Shown piece by piece: positions 1 through 13,636 of a stretch of DNA of 64,000 nt. The number at the start of each line of letters is the position of its first letter. The stretch's first letter is position 1. The notes below the pieces were generated by a model. It did not search any database, was not told where the DNA came from, and saw only the letters and a list, made by a program, of their open reading frames with translations. Position numbers and translations under genes: made by a program. Source of the stretch: Octopus vulgaris (taxonomy: Eukaryota). Where the stretch lies: assembly GCA_951406725.2 (NCBI GenBank), contig OX597827.1, positions 51,646,001 to 51,710,000 on the forward strand, in the 5' to 3' direction.

Positions 1-347
1 GAGGAACTTGGAGATGGTAGAGGTAAAGGGGGGATTGGTGGCGCCATTGTTGGCATCGGGGGAGGTATTGATGATTGTGGCAAGGCTTTTCCCAATGAGA
101 GAGGCTTGCCATAAATGTCCCAGTAAGGTTTACTGACAGCAGTAGCACTATGTAACCGATTGTGCATATGCATGGAACTGCAGTTTGGTGGATAGGATTT
201 TGGGTTACACATGTTTCCATGGTATACTTTTTCTGAGTGCATGTGGGGCATTTTATGTATGGGTGGGGCAGGTCCAGCATTGCTGCAGGGAAGGAACTGC
301 TTTTGACGCATGCTTTTCCCTCCACTATGTCCAAGATGACTTTCCAT
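1..347 (-). CDS. Probable first coding exon of an unidentified Pro/His/Ser-rich protein; continues beyond the left edge
   Basis: Stop-free frame from ATG at 347 (context gtcATGG) to the edge: MESHLGHSGGKSMRQKQFLPCSNAGPAPPIHKMPHMHSEKVYHGNMCNPKSYPPNCSS...IPPPMPTMAPPIPLYLYHLQVP. In-frame TAA upstream. Pyrimidine-rich acceptor (ttttttccaatttgattttag) ends at 421. GC content is higher than the flank. Confidence 0.65.
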   Translation of the reverse strand, partial: MESHLGHSGGKSMRQKQFLPCSNAGPAPPIHKMPHMHSEKVYHGNMCNPKSYPPNCSSMHMHNRLHSATAVSKPYWDIYGKPLSLGKALPQSSIPPPMPTMAPPIPPLPLPSPSS

Positions 348-1734
348 GACAATTTTTACAAAGATTGTAATATTTAGTTAGAAATAAAAGTTCAGTTTCA
401 TAACATTTATAATAAAGTTTCTAAAATCAAATTGGAAAAAATTCCAAAACAAGAAAATTTCTTCCAGTTTTTCTCTGAATATATATATGTCAGTCTATTT
501 GTCTGTTGGTCTATCTCACTCTTACATTAATATAACCATTAATCTCTCCCATTCTGTCAATCAATCAAACCTTTTAATGTATGCGTGTGTATGTATCTGA
601 GGTTTTATCACTATCTTTTAAAAATATGTATATGTGTGTATATTTGTTTGAATTTAGAAAAAGTACTCGATACAAAAGTAGAACACAAATATTTATTGTA
701 GAGCCGATTACTTTCTGTTACTAAATGTGAAACTGTGCATAGTAACAGAGATTAATCTCAGGCCAACAATAAATATATGTGTATGTGTGTTTGAGTGCAC
801 ATGTGAGTGTTTAAACTTTGAGATAAATCAAATAAAACCAGATAAATTAATTAGTTCCATTTTTCCCAATTTAAAAAGAAATGTTTCTTTTCCAAATTTT
901 TTTTTTTAACTTTTCAAAACAAATGAATTTTTCTGAATATCAAATAAGAATATTCCCTATAATGATTGCTTTTGCTTCCTTCAGTTTTGCTTCTTTGTAA
1001 GAATATAAATTTTTTTTTTGTTGCTTAGCATGATTTTTTTCTTGTTCAGAAGGATATTTATTTTTTCCAACTGAAAAATCAAAGATCAAAAAGAAGAAAA
1101 AACTTAATACTTTTTAAATTTACAAAACAATTTGTAAATAACTCAACTATTTCTTTCTTTCGGTGTAATTTAAATTTTCAAGAAAGCCAATTCGAACCAG
1201 AATACGTCAATCAAAATATATCAATCTTCTTCAATACAGCAGAGTTTTCAGAAATCGGATGGTTTTTTTGTTGTTTTGTTTTTGCTTTGTTTTATATAAT
1301 TTTTTTCTCAGTCCCTTCAAACATAGTAAATCGTTTCACACTCTTGAAAAGCATCCTCCGTAGAATAAGGGGTTCGATAATGATAGTTTTTCTGCAAAAT
1401 GTAATATCTGAAAATATGAAATAGAACTTAATTAAGATTTGATTTATATATTTGTAGTGAAGATAACAAGTATATATATCTCTTCTTCTACACACATTTT
1501 CCAACACTGTTAACATTATGTTACCAATTCAGCCAACCACTTATCCCATGTCCAGATTTATTCTTTCACCTTTAATCTCTTTCTGCAATCTTTATGTAAT
1601 CAAAATACAGAATAAAGCAGTCTCAAATCTCTCTTGTCAAACTTTAATTTTTTTTATTTTGAAACCTTGTTTCAAATCCTAATATTTAATGTATTTTGGG
1701 CATTGAACTGACAGAATTATTATCATGCTGGGCA

Positions 1735-1915
1735 AAACACTCAGTGGCACTTCATCTGTCTTTACGTTCTGAGTTCAGATTCTGCTGAGGTTGACTTTGC
1801 CTTTCATCTATTCAGGGTTGATAAAAATAAGTACCAGTTGATTACTGGGGTCGATGTAATTGATTTACCCCCTTCCCCGAAATTGCTGGCTTTGTGCCAA
1901 AATTAGAAACCAATA
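1735..1915 (+). mobile_element. tRNA-derived SINE (family A, core gaggtcgactttgcctttcatcctttcggggtcgat), diverged copy
   Basis: B-box-like gagttcaga plus a core shared with copies at 12960-13636, 21884-21978, 23795-23925, 40378-40915 and 41407-41600. Confidence 0.7.
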
Positions 1916-2279
1916 TCTAATGCCCTTCCTATTTTTAAAATGGTTGGGTATGGTGAGGGAGATTTGATTGTTATTGCCTGCAGACTGAGTAACCACATAA
2001 AAAGCTCTTTCATTGACTCCATGACTAAAGTGATGGTTATAAGGGATGCTTTTCCAATTCCAAAAAATTCGAAGTCTTCAGCTTCTGACAGGCATCAATT
2101 AGTAAAAAGTCCACATTTTTTTCTGTAAATATAACCATAGACCCTAACAAAGATCTCTAAGCTTACAAAAAGCCACAAATTTATAGATAAGAGCCACTGT
2201 AAATCAAATTGACACCAGTACATATCTGGTACTTATTTTATCAATCTGGATGGATGAAAGATAGAGGCAGCACCTTTCC

Positions 2280-3085
2280 ACATAAGCTCCCTGTTTTCCT
2301 CAGAATCTGATAGTCACCAATATTTTTTCACCTTCCTTATCTTCTTCCGCTAAATTAACTTTTCTTTTTCAGTCTGCTTAAGTCTTATTAAGATAGAAAC
2401 CATTAATATGTACTGGGTTGAACAGTTTTCACCAGGAAAAATTTAGCATTTGCAACCACCTGCCTATTCCAATTCTGAGTGAGAAAATAAAATCTATCAG
2501 GATTGTGCATTTACTTATTTAGGAGGTGATAAGGGTGGCTGTCAGTTTCTTGAAGTTTGTACTGTAAATGGTTAGATCTCTTGCCTGATAGAAATCCAGG
2601 ACCCTTGATCTTTCCTTATCCTTTGTATTGTAAATATAATTTCCACTTATGTCAGAGAAACCCTCTCGCTGTTGTCCAACATGTTCATTAAAATTGCCAG
2701 CCATTATAATGAGTTACTATCATTTGTTATGCAGTTTATCTGCAAAAGGGTTTCATAAAAAAGTAATCCTTTGGTTCATCTGCCAGCCCTGACTGTTATT
2801 CAAATGCAGAGATGTCATCACTGAGTTATTTATAACTAACCTAAGCTTAATTATCCTATCATATACTCTGACCTCCTCAATTACTTTATCTATTCATTTG
2901 TTTGCTCACAATAATACTATCTCATTGCAGTTTCCTATCCAGAGGAGTTTGTATCTCTATTCCTTGTCCACGATGAGTCTGGCTGAAGCAACCTTCTACT
3001 TTATTTCTTGCACACAATACACAGCTACTCATCTTTGTTCAAGTATCTCCACAATCTCTCCTGACCTACCTTTCATTGTGTCAAT
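2280..3085 (-). pseudogene. Decayed LINE (RTE-like) apurinic endonuclease region
   Basis: ORF 2519-2704 MAGNFNEHVG resembles the GDFNAHVG endonuclease motif, followed by NFKK...LIT; many stops. Confidence 0.6.
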
Positions 3086-3479
3086 ATTGATGGTAGCAAT
3101 CCTAATGATGTTGACCAGACAGAAAGAGTAGAGGCATCCATTGGTGATTCAATTTGATGGTATCTGTTTTCAGCAACTGAAAAGAAAGAAAAAAAATTAC
3201 ACTCATGGTCAGATGTTTCTACCTGACAAGGTTTTGCTATTATTCTTAAAATGAACTGCAACAATTTATAAGTTTCCTAAGTTGTGTAAATACTAACCAC
3301 TTGGCATGTATTAAGTGACAAGGAGAAGGATAGGCTTTGTTAGAAACACCCAGAGTTTCCCCAAGAACGTTGTCGCACTTTCCCTCCACAAGCCCTCTAG
3401 AGAACGCTAAAGTGGAACTATCACTGACTGCATTGCCTGCCAGCAGAGGGCTGTGACCGCTTGATGGCACTTGAGGTGC

Positions 3480-3960
3480 CAAGTGCCCCTCCTTGGTCTA
3501 CGCCTAATCTAGGATTGCAGCTCAATCAAAGAGACGAGCTGAGGAAAAGCATGCCTGATAAACGGTGACCACACCTGCTCATGGTCAAGGAAATGCTGGA
3601 GATGCCTCAACCTCAGCACATGTCTGCACATCAATAACGACAGTATGCCAAGCCCTCCATTCAGTGGCTGTTGACAGCAGATGGAGTGCCTGACCAATGG
3701 AATGTGCCCCTTCCACAGAAAGCGGAAGAGTAAGTGCACCAGCTAGGTCAACCAGCAAACAGAGCAAGGGACAGTCAAGCGGTAATTGATGATGGATGCG
3801 ATGTATGCATTCACCGCCTCCGCTCGACCATTGAGGGTCAGCCTCCTCTCAGCCCATTTCTGGGTGAGATTGGCCACCCTGCTCGTCACCCCATCTCAGT
3901 TCTTCTCCACCTGGAGGTCTGGACCAAACCAGACTCTAAGCAATTTAAAGGGAACATCCG
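3480..3960 (-). pseudogene. L1/Tx1-clade LINE fragment (post-RT region)
   Basis: FRFLWKGHIPLVRHSICCQQPLNGGLGI fits the FxW...P...GGLG motif of Tx1/L1 ORF2. Confidence 0.65.
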
Positions 3961-3974
3961 TCCAGAAATAATAA

Positions 3975-4690
3975 AAATAATAAGTGAATGTAGCATGCTG
4001 GCACAGAAAAAATACAAGAAAAGACATGACAATCTAGGAAGAGCAATGTAGAAAGCTAGGATTAAAACATACTGATAAGTGGTATGAACATGAACCTAGT
4101 AAAGTACTAGAAAGTAAGAAATATAAGATGTGGGACTTTAACATTCAGATGGACAGAGTAATAGAAGCTAGAAGGCCTGATTTGGTAGTAGTAGATGAAT
4201 AGAAAGTGTCAGCTAATTGACTTTACAGTCCCAAATGATGAGAAAGTCAATATGAGAGGTATAGAGAAAAGAGCAAAGTACCAGGACTTTGTTATTAGGG
4301 ACAACTAGGAAGTATATGGTACAGTATATGGTGCAGTCATTAAGTAGAAAGAGTACTTGTATCAGAAACACACAAGATTTTGTGGGATTTTCCAATTCAA
4401 ATAGATAAGAGGATAGAACATCAAAGGTTAGATATTACAGTAATAGACAATGAAAATTGAATTTGCTTATTGATTGATCCATCATGACTGATACCATGAT
4501 TGTGAGTATTTGGAAGTTGAAATCTATAAAGGTGGTACTTGTGATGATTGGTGCATTAAGAACTGTGAGTGATGACACAGACAAATGGATAAAGGAGATT
4601 GGAATAGAATGTTCTGTAGAACTTCCACAGAAGGCTTGCTCCTTAAAAACAGGAAAGACCATCAGAAGGGTTTTGAGTACTTGATGGCTT
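3975..4690 (+). pseudogene. R4/Dong-like non-LTR retrotransposon C-terminal restriction-like endonuclease remnant
   Basis: YKKRHDNLGR, KWYEHEP, WDFNIQMDRVIEARRPDLVVV, IGALRTV, QKACSLKTGKTIRRVL; broken by stops and an internal insertion. Confidence 0.75.
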
Positions 4691-5776
4691 ACTGAAATCA
4701 TGAGGATATGTGAATAACTCACTAATCACATAAATTTTGCCAGGAATAAGACCAATCTTGAGTCAAATTGAAGAATAATAATTGGCACTGCATGCCCATT
4801 ATGTGGAGCACTATCACTGTAAATTTTATAGTTCTATAGAATTTTAATGTCAATTTAAAATTCAGTAGAACTGCTATTATCAGGGAAATCGCCATGCTTG
4901 ATATACAGCAAAAGTGTAGGCAGAAATTCCACATATACACATGTTCTTTATATTATACATCCAAGGTAAATAATTGATGCATAAGAAGTAGAGCAGGATC
5001 CCAGAAAGATAGACTTTAAATGTGACAGGTGCACAAGAGTGCAAAATAAAATTCATTTGAATGCAAAATAAATTCATTTGAATACAAAATAAGTACGTTC
5101 GAATACCCGTAAGTTTTCTTAGAAGCAGTAGATAGCTTCTGCTACATTAGGGACCTAATTTGCAGTGGGATAAGATGATCTGTAACTGTAGTAACCACAG
5201 ATAGATTATCATCATTTAATATTCACTTTCAGGCATGAGTTGAGACAGAGCTGAAAAAAGTTCAGGGAGCTATCAACTCTGCTGATAATAAAGGGTTTCT
5301 CTTCAAAGCGAAGGTAGTTTGTATGATGCAGAATTTGAACTTTGAAATATGAACTTTGTAGTTCATATTTAACCCCCCCCCAAAAAAAAAAACACTCTAA
5401 CAAGCTGGTTCCTACAAATTACATAATAATATTACTTAAGGATGAGTGAAACAGATGTAGGGATGAATATTTTGAAATATCATTGATTGTTTTCTGTTGT
5501 CCTTTAACGCTTTAGCATTACTCAGTTAAATGTAATCCTTATTTATTCACATTGTTTCAAATTAATCACTGAGTAAGAGGTTGGATCTGGTCAGTTTAAA
5601 TGCTAAAGAGTTAAAAGTACTTTGCTTTGTTTGTCTATTTCACAGTATATGCAACAGTGTACATGGATATGCATTTTACATGAGATGAGGAGTTTAACAT
5701 GGTAAATTATTCTGATCTCTAACATAACTGATTATTTGTTGTGTGTAGACAGCACATCATGTCGTATGTATGTGTA

Positions 5777-5829
<53 letters not shown>

Positions 5830-5831
<2 letters not shown>

Positions 5832-7382
5832 ACATCATTTAATTTCCTTTGTTGGCTGGATGGTTTGATTAGAGCTGACAGGCTGGGGAGCAGCACCAGA
5901 CTCCAGGCTAATTTGGCATGGTTTCTATGACTTGATGCCCTTTCTAATGCCAACCACTTTACAGAGTGTGCTGGATGCTTTTACGTGGCACCACATCGGT
6001 ACTTTATGTGGCGCTGCATGGGAGCTTTTACATGGTATTGCGTGGGTGGTTTTATGTAGCACTGTAGTGGTGCTTTTACATGGTACTGCATGGGCACTTT
6101 TATGTGACACCACCATGAATGCTTTTTATGTGGCACTAACCCAGAACTCTTGCAGGTCAATCCTCACCACCAGTGGGACTGGTCTTAACTCTTTTGCTGC
6201 AGAGTATGGGTCTTCTTGAGTACAGCAAGATGCCAAGCTTCTCAGTCCTTTGTCATCTCACCTGAAAGGTTCAGTGTCCTCAGGTTGTTTTTTTTAGCAC
6301 TTTGTCCCATGTCTTCCTGGGTCTTACACTTCCACGTTCCATCTACTTTGAGAGATGAGCACTTCTTCAGGGAGCTGTCGGCATTCATCCACATCACATG
6401 ACCAAGCCAGAGCCGTCTTCTGTCTTGCACACAGCAACTAATTCCTCTTATGCCTAACTTCTCTTTTAAAGCACTAGCAGTCAGCTGAACATGTACACTT
6501 ACATTACACATCCAGTGGAGCATACTAGACTCATTTCTCTCTAGCCTTTGCATTCAGAGCACACATTTCACTACCATGTACAATTACTGTCCATATACAT
6601 CCATCATACAATTTTCTTTTCACTCAGAGAGAGAAACCTTTCATACCCAAAAGAGGTAACAGCTCTCTGAATTTCCTCTCTCGTATTCTTATTCTAGCTA
6701 TCACATTCTTTATGCATCATCCCCACTACTAATTTGGTCCCCTAAGTAGCAGAAATTATCTGCTACTGCTGATGAGCCACCAGAATTGATAGAATCAATT
6801 TCTTGAGTCTCTATAGTTTTTATGGATCCTGAGCATCTTTCACATACAGAGACTATCTTCACTGATAATCTTCATATTAATCCACTGCACCTCTTGTGTG
6901 TACATAGCTTACACTGGGTACACTGTATGGAGATCCTGCTTACACCTCTCCTACAAATTGAACAGGGCTACCTATCTGAAGGGAATAGTAGGGTCCTGTC
7001 AGTTTTCTTGCTTACTAGGACTTTAGTCTTTGCTAAGTTAACCTAAAGGCCCTTAGATTCCAGGTCTTGCTTCTACACCTGATATGGAATCTGCTATGAG
7101 GGTAAGATCATCAGCATATAGCAGTTCTCAGAGGCTGCAGGTCTTGAATTCTTCTGTTATGGCTTGGAGGACAATGATGAAAAGGAAGGGACTAAGGAAT
7201 GAGCCTTGATGAAACCCTACCTATACACAAAAGTCTCTGTTGGACTCATAGTTAACTCTCACCTTACTTACAGTGTATCTGTACATAGCCTGTACAGCTT
7301 TCACCAGCCACACATCTATCCCTAGTCTCCTCAGTGCCCACCATATCACACAGCAGGGTATTCTGTTGAAGGCTTTCTCTAG
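5830..7382 (-). pseudogene. RTE-type LINE 3' fragment (RT to 3' UTR)
   Basis: YADDL coded near 7105-7120 on the minus strand; ORF 6242-6553 RRRLWLGHV; 3' UTR matches the (cat)n-tailed family at 47660, 48870 and 55975. Confidence 0.8.
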
Positions 7383-7488
7383 ATTATATATATATATATA
7401 TAATGTACATACATGTATTGGAGACTATATAATTACATAGATTATATACCTATACATGTGTGCATTTGTGAATGTGAATATATATGTA

Positions 7489-7540
7489 GCACTACTGATG
7501 AGCTTTAATTTCAAGTGAAAATGGCTTGCCAATTTAGTAC
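7489..7540 (+). ncRNA. Degenerate type-I hammerhead ribozyme-like motif
   Basis: cacta-CTGATGA-gctt.taatttc.aagt-GAAA-a.tggc.tt.gcca-ATT-tagta; stems I, II and III all present, A-A mismatch at 15.2/16.2. Confidence 0.5.
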
Positions 7541-7821
7541 CCTTGCTTGCTATGGGGTGGTTAATTCCCCTGTCAACACATAGACTTGTGCTATGCTTGT
7601 GGCTATAAGGGTCTTTGACTCTTATTTCCAGCAATGTAGGTGCTATAATGCACCTTCAGTCATTATTAGTGACAATTGAATTCTTCCTTTTTGGTTTTAC
7701 ATTGCATCTAGCCACTTTTATTATTTTATGTATGATGATATGTACACCACAGGCATATATTTGGATATATATACACACACACAGATACACATGAATATAA
7801 TTATGTGTAAAAGAAAACAAA

Positions 7822-8180
7822 GCCACTGCGTGGCACCTTGGGCGAGTGTCTCCTATTATAGCCTCGGGCTGATTAAAGCCTTGTGAGTGGATTTGGTAGA
7901 CGGAAACTGAAAGAAGCTCATTGTATATACGTATATATATATGTATGCATGTGTATGTTTGTGTGTCTATTTGTCCCCGCAACATCGCTTGTCAACCGAT
8001 GGTGGTGTGTTTGCTTCCCCATAACTTAGCGGTTCGGCAAAAGAGACCGGTAGAATATGTACTAGGCTTACAAAGAATAAGTTCTGGGGTCAATTTGCTC
8101 GACTAAAGGTGGTGCTCCAGCCTGGCTGCAGTTAAATGACTGAAACAAGTAAAAGAGTAAAAAGAGAGTAAAGAGTAAAG
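7822..8180 (+). mobile_element. SINE family B, 5'-truncated
   Basis: ccactgcgtggcaccttggg...ccttgtgagtggatttggtagacggaaactgaaag...ggtgctccagc...aaatgactgaaacaagtaaaag with (gagtaaa)n tail; same as 22906 and 24545. Confidence 0.85.
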
Positions 8181-8475
8181 CCATCACTTGCAAGTGAATA
8201 TAATCTGATAGCAGGTACCATGCTTTTGGTAACACTTAAGGTGCCTATGTAATAATTCTGAGCAGAGGCACTGTCTTGGCTTTCCTACTCAGCAGACCAC
8301 TGAAGGTGAGGATAGACCACCTCAAAGCTGGTTCATGTTTTCAGCTGAGTAGACCAACACTAAGTGAAATGATATTTCTTACTCAAGGACACAATATACA
8401 AATCCAGTAGTCAAACCCACATCGTTATGATCAGGAGACCAACACTCTAGCCACTTGGCAATGTGCTTTCACATA

Positions 8476-8694
8476 CAGTAATCCTTTGTCATATTGAGAC
8501 TCACTTATTTTGGTTTATTATTTAAGCATTGATTCCTCTGTGGTTTTGTTTTGCATTTATAATAAAATAAATATATACAAATTATAAAAATTTAAAAAAA
8601 ATATATACAGTGCAGTACTGTTTCTACTTCGCAGATTTTCACCTGTTGTGGAGGGTTTTGGAATGTAACACCTGCGATAGTCAAGGGATTACTG
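8476..8694. mobile_element. Tc1/mariner-pogo-type MITE
   Basis: TIRs cagtaatcctttg / caagggattactg flanked by TA on both sides. Confidence 0.7.
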
Positions 8695-9529
8695 TATACA
8701 TATATTGGTGTCTCAGAGTATATACCATCATCATCATTTTTACAACCCTACTCATGAGATGGACAGCTCACTCTGATCTGTATCTGCCTTTGTTTGGAGT
8801 TATTGTCCTGCTAGACAGGTCAAAAGCCCATGTCTAGTTCAACACATTCCATTTTTGGCTTGGTTTCTAGGGTCGGATGTCCTTCCTAACATTACCAACT
8901 TTACAGAGTATACTGCAGCATTTTATCATGACACCAGCACTAGAGAGGATGTCACATCTTCTGACAGATTAAAGAGTCCCCTCAAATCTATATTGTGTCT
9001 GCTCATTCACTAACCACTTTTACAGTGCACAGGTTCATTTTAGTGTGGCATCAGCACCATTGATGTTGCATAGTGCCCCATAAGACTAAAGAATCCTCAT
9101 GACTCCTTGGAGTCTCTGTTCATTCAAGGAAACATTACCAGAAAAGTTGAATAAAAGAAAGACTGATAACTAAAGAACATGAGTAAGTGGGTTAGGAGAG
9201 TAAAAGTAAGATGAGGGAAGCAGTTTAAAGGATGCTAGGGTCAGTAATGGAAGAGACTGAATAGTGAAGTGAGAGTATGGCAGGAGAAAACAGGGTGAGT
9301 GGAGGTGAATGGAGAGAGGAGTACCAGAGAGATTAGTGATAGAGAGATGAGACAGTAAGGAACACATATTGGGAGCAGCATATAGAAGCTTAGCAAGGTT
9401 ATGTCAAGCAAATGTCTGTACAAAGACAGCAAATGAAAGCTAAATCGGGCAATATAGATATGTATTCCATCCAATATTTTAATGTTCCTTATGCCATGCC
9501 AGCAAGAGTAGCTGAATTTTATCAAGTAC

Positions 9530-9870
9530 TGTATGTTGCCAGTCATCATGATCCCCTACATGAGATGCAGCATCCTGAGATTAGTCTTCACTACTTCATC
9601 CTTAGACTTTCTATGTCTACCTCGTGTAGAGGTTCCATCAATTTTGAATGCTCTGCACCTTTTTATACCATTACCATCTTCATGTGCATTATATGTCCAC
9701 ACTGTGATGAAAATCCAGGCTGTCTTGGAAGTGAAAGCTGCCCAGATGTTGATATTAATGTGGAAATTTTCAAATAATCCCTTCAGAAATTGCTTCAGCT
9801 GTTTCCTCCAGCAGACTGAAGCACACTTGCTTTGAGATTTGTTTGTCTTCCATTCGAAGCACATGTCTTG
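9530..9870 (-). pseudogene. RTE-type LINE 3' ORF fragment
   Basis: ORF 9556-9864 ends IKRCRAFKIDGTSTRGRHRKS, similar to the C-terminus at 6242-6553. Confidence 0.55.
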
Positions 9871-12800
9871 TTCACTGACAGGTTACTAGGTCAATAGGTG
9901 ACTGAATGTCAGACAGACAAAGAAATTGTCATTTACAGAGAACATGCTCAACTTTAAACTGCAGAAAGATGAAGATCATCACAAGAAAATGTTAGTGTTT
10001 GATATGAATTGGAGAGGAAACAAGAAATGCAAGAAGAAGCAAGAGGGATTCCAAGTAAAAAAGAACTCAAACAAGATAAACCGAAACACAAAAGGGAAAT
10101 GGAGAAAGGCTCAAAGCAAAAAAGTTTAAAATCATTGAAAGACAGATAAACCTGATAACTTTGACTGTGTGTGTGTGTGTGTACTGACACTACTTATCAC
10201 ATGCAGGTATTATTTTCTTGTTTCACAAGTAAAATTGTTAAAGCATTATATCACACCAAATTAATCTTTTATTGTTTTATCATGTGTTTTGTTAGTATAA
10301 CAAACTGATGAAATAGATAAGTATGATTTTTTTTAATGCTGTGAGATAAACTGAGAGCAATCATGGAATATAGATTATCATTTTTACTTCAACAGAATTT
10401 CTTCAATATATTAGTTTCACTTTTGCATGCTTATTTATTTCAAAGATTAGTTCCAAAATATTCAAATGATTTGCAGTTGAAAAATATAAAAGTAGTTCTA
10501 TATTTACAGTAAAATTCACATGTTAGTATGGTAGTGTCTGGTACTTATCCAACATTTTTTTGGTTATTAATGAGCAATATTTGTTTAAAATGTTTATTGT
10601 CAGAGCATTGCTATCACTTTCATTGCGAAATCGAAGAAAAGCTCAAGTCTTTGGAAGTGAACTATTCACTATACGCAGAGCTGAATTTTGTTGTTTCAAA
10701 TAAGCAAACTAATATTAGATTGCTGGGATTCTGACTTTTTATTTGTGTGAAGGCTCTCGAAGACCATAAATTGCTATGAGCTTGACCGCGATCGTGTATA
10801 GGCTAGAAATATTTGATTTCGACGCTAAAACTCTTGGAAATGTGTGTGTGTGTGTGAGAGAGAGAGAGAGGTGGAGGAATTGGATGAATAGCTGGATATA
10901 TGAAAAGATATCTAAAAAAAAAATTGTGAATAAATAGAACAGGAATGGATGAACGGTCATTTAGTAAAATAAAATGTGTAGAGATAGACAAGTGGTAACT
11001 TAATTATAGATTAATAGATTGCTAGTTAGTTAATTAGTTAGTTAGTTAACTAGATAGTTAGTTAATTAGTCACATTAGGTCTTACCAGTTTTATCCATGT
11101 TCTTGAAGTTTTGAACCGAGATCCGTTGTAGACAATTGGCATTTCAATAACATCACTTGACGAGAGTATTAGTAACTAAACAGAATGGATATATAATAAT
11201 TAATTAAGCAACGATTTAACCTTTCTTTTTTTTTAATAATATAGCGCAAGTAGATTACAAGGCATATATCAAAATTGTAAAGGTAAACAAATGATTGACT
11301 TACACTAATAAATCATCTTACTTTTAAAGGGAAGTTGGCGGTAAAAACTTGACAAGTCTTTTTAATGAATCTTTCGCTCTCCTACTAATCCAGCAAAAAC
11401 ACAAATTTATAGTAATAGAATAAGAGACTAAACAGATGCAATTCGTTCTCTGTTGCTTAATTAATTTATAGTTCCATTTTGGTAAAACAGATCTAATTAT
11501 GATTGGATCACAAGGACATTGTCTACTGCTGTTGCATCTTGAAGGTTTCGGTGTTGCCGGTGTATTTCCCTTGTTGTCAAACAACCCGATTCTCGCTGAA
11601 ACTAACTCACATATTTGTTAATTTGGTTATATTAAAGAAAAAATATATATACCGTGTTTAAAATATCTTAATAAAAACAAAGTTTGAGTTATGCTAGTGA
11701 GTAGATAGAGCGAGAATTAGAAGTAAGGGATCATCCATAAAGTCATTTGCTTCCTCTTTCTGCATAAAATGTATCCCTCAATTCTTTTGGACTCTTCACC
11801 ATATTACCATTTGCCTTAATTATCTAAATTCGCACTGTAGGCCGATACGAATTATTTCCCTTAGCTCATTTTTCTAACGATTTTATTTGTTCTTGGACTT
11901 TCCTAAATCTGTTTAAATTGGGATTGGAGGAGAAATATTCTATTTCTTCCCTTCGTTTTGAAAGGACTCGATATCTAGAATTATAGCCAGCTTGGTATAG
12001 GTATAGAATAACGCCAGGAAAAGTAAAAAGTAAAAGCTATATGACGTATCGAATTTGTCTTTTGAAATTATGGTATAAAAACATATAAAAGATGAAGATT
12101 TCATTAAAAGAAAATTTGTCAAGATTTGTTAAGTCTCTGAAAATTGTAAATAATTTCTAAAAAAGGTTGCCTGAGAACGCCGTTTCTAACGTGTACTGTA
12201 CTATAAACAAACTATCTCTCTTACCCGACACAACAAAACTCAATATGACCAAGAAAAAAAAAAAAAAAAGAAGAGAGAAGAAAAAGAAAAAAGAAGGACA
12301 TTGAGGATTTGGTACCAGCTTCTTCTGACAAAAGTGGAAACTTTTGCACAATGTAAACGCTAATGTTGAAAGCTTCTAGTTAAAGTAAAACCAAGAGTAC
12401 GTTATTTTGGATATAATGCGAAAAAAATTCGATAAAAACTTAGCGAGAAAAAAAAATTGATAAAAATATAAAAGACGAAAATTGAATGCCCTTCATTACC
12501 GATAGCTGTCCAGTATGAACCAATTTGGTGTTAATTTATCGAAAACGGTTTAATGAAATATAATTAATTGAAAACAATTACTCGAAAAAAAAAAAAAAAA
12601 GCAACAGATCGAAGTAATATTTGCACGAATAAACATTTAATCGAATTATGAGAAGATATGGAAAACAGGTTAAAGGAAAATGGATACAGTGTTACATTTT
12701 ATTTAAATATTGTAAATTGCAATGTTATGCAAAATTTAATCTCCCGTTATGGGCAATCGCAACATGTAGTTTTGAGATTGCCCACAACGGCACATAACAC

Positions 12801-12959
12801 GTGCGTGTGTATCGCATTTGTTTCCAATATAAACACATACAGATAGACTACACTGGTTTTTACCTTTTAATAAAATTATTTGAACGAAACGTTACAATAT
12901 AACCTTACTGAGCCAATCTTCTATATTAGCATGTGGTTCAACCGGAAGTAAAATCTGAA

Positions 12960-13636
12960 GACAGAAATTGAAATACCTATTTCTTTACTGCCCACAAGGG
13001 GTTACACACAGAGGGGACAAGGATGAAAGGCAAAGCTGACCTCCGTGGAATTTGAACTCACAACGTAGCGGCAGATGAAATACCTATTTCTATTTCTTTA
13101 CTACCCCACAAGGGTCTAAACACAGAGAGGACAAACAAGGACAGACAAACGATTATATCGACCTCAGTGCGTAACTGGTACTTATTTAATCGACCCCGAA
13201 AGGATGAAAGGCAAAGTCGACCTCGGCGGAATTTGAACTCAGAACACGAAGACAGACGAAATAACTATTTCTTTACAAACGGATTAAGTCAATTATATCG
13301 ATCCCAGTGCGTAACTGGTACTTGTTTAATCGACCCCGAAAGGATGAAAGGCAAAGTCGATCTCGGCGGAATTTGAACTCACAACGTAGCAGCAGACGAA
13401 ATACCTATTTCTTTACTACTCACAAGGGTCTAAACACAGAAAGGACAAACAAGGACAGACAAACGGTTTAAGTCGATTATATCGACCCCAGTGCGTAACT
13501 GGTACTTATTTAATCGACCCCGAAAGGATGAAAGGCAAAGTCGACCTCGGCGGAATTTGAACTCAGAACGTAGCGGCAGACGAAATACCGCTAAGCATTT
13601 CGCCCGGCGTCCTAACGTTTCTGCCAGCTCGCCTCC
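12960..13636 (-). mobile_element. Head-to-tail multimer of family-A SINE (one copy with its head plus three partial repeats)
   Basis: ggatgaaaggcaaagtcgacctcggcggaatttgaactca recurs at ~13021, 13202, 13342 and 13526; tRNA-like head (ggcgagctggcagaa) ends at ~13635. Confidence 0.85.

Noticed and set aside
11324-11584. 86-aa minus-strand ORF as a coding exon
   Set aside because: Non-ATG start and no recognisable homology; at most a UTR exon of the left-edge gene
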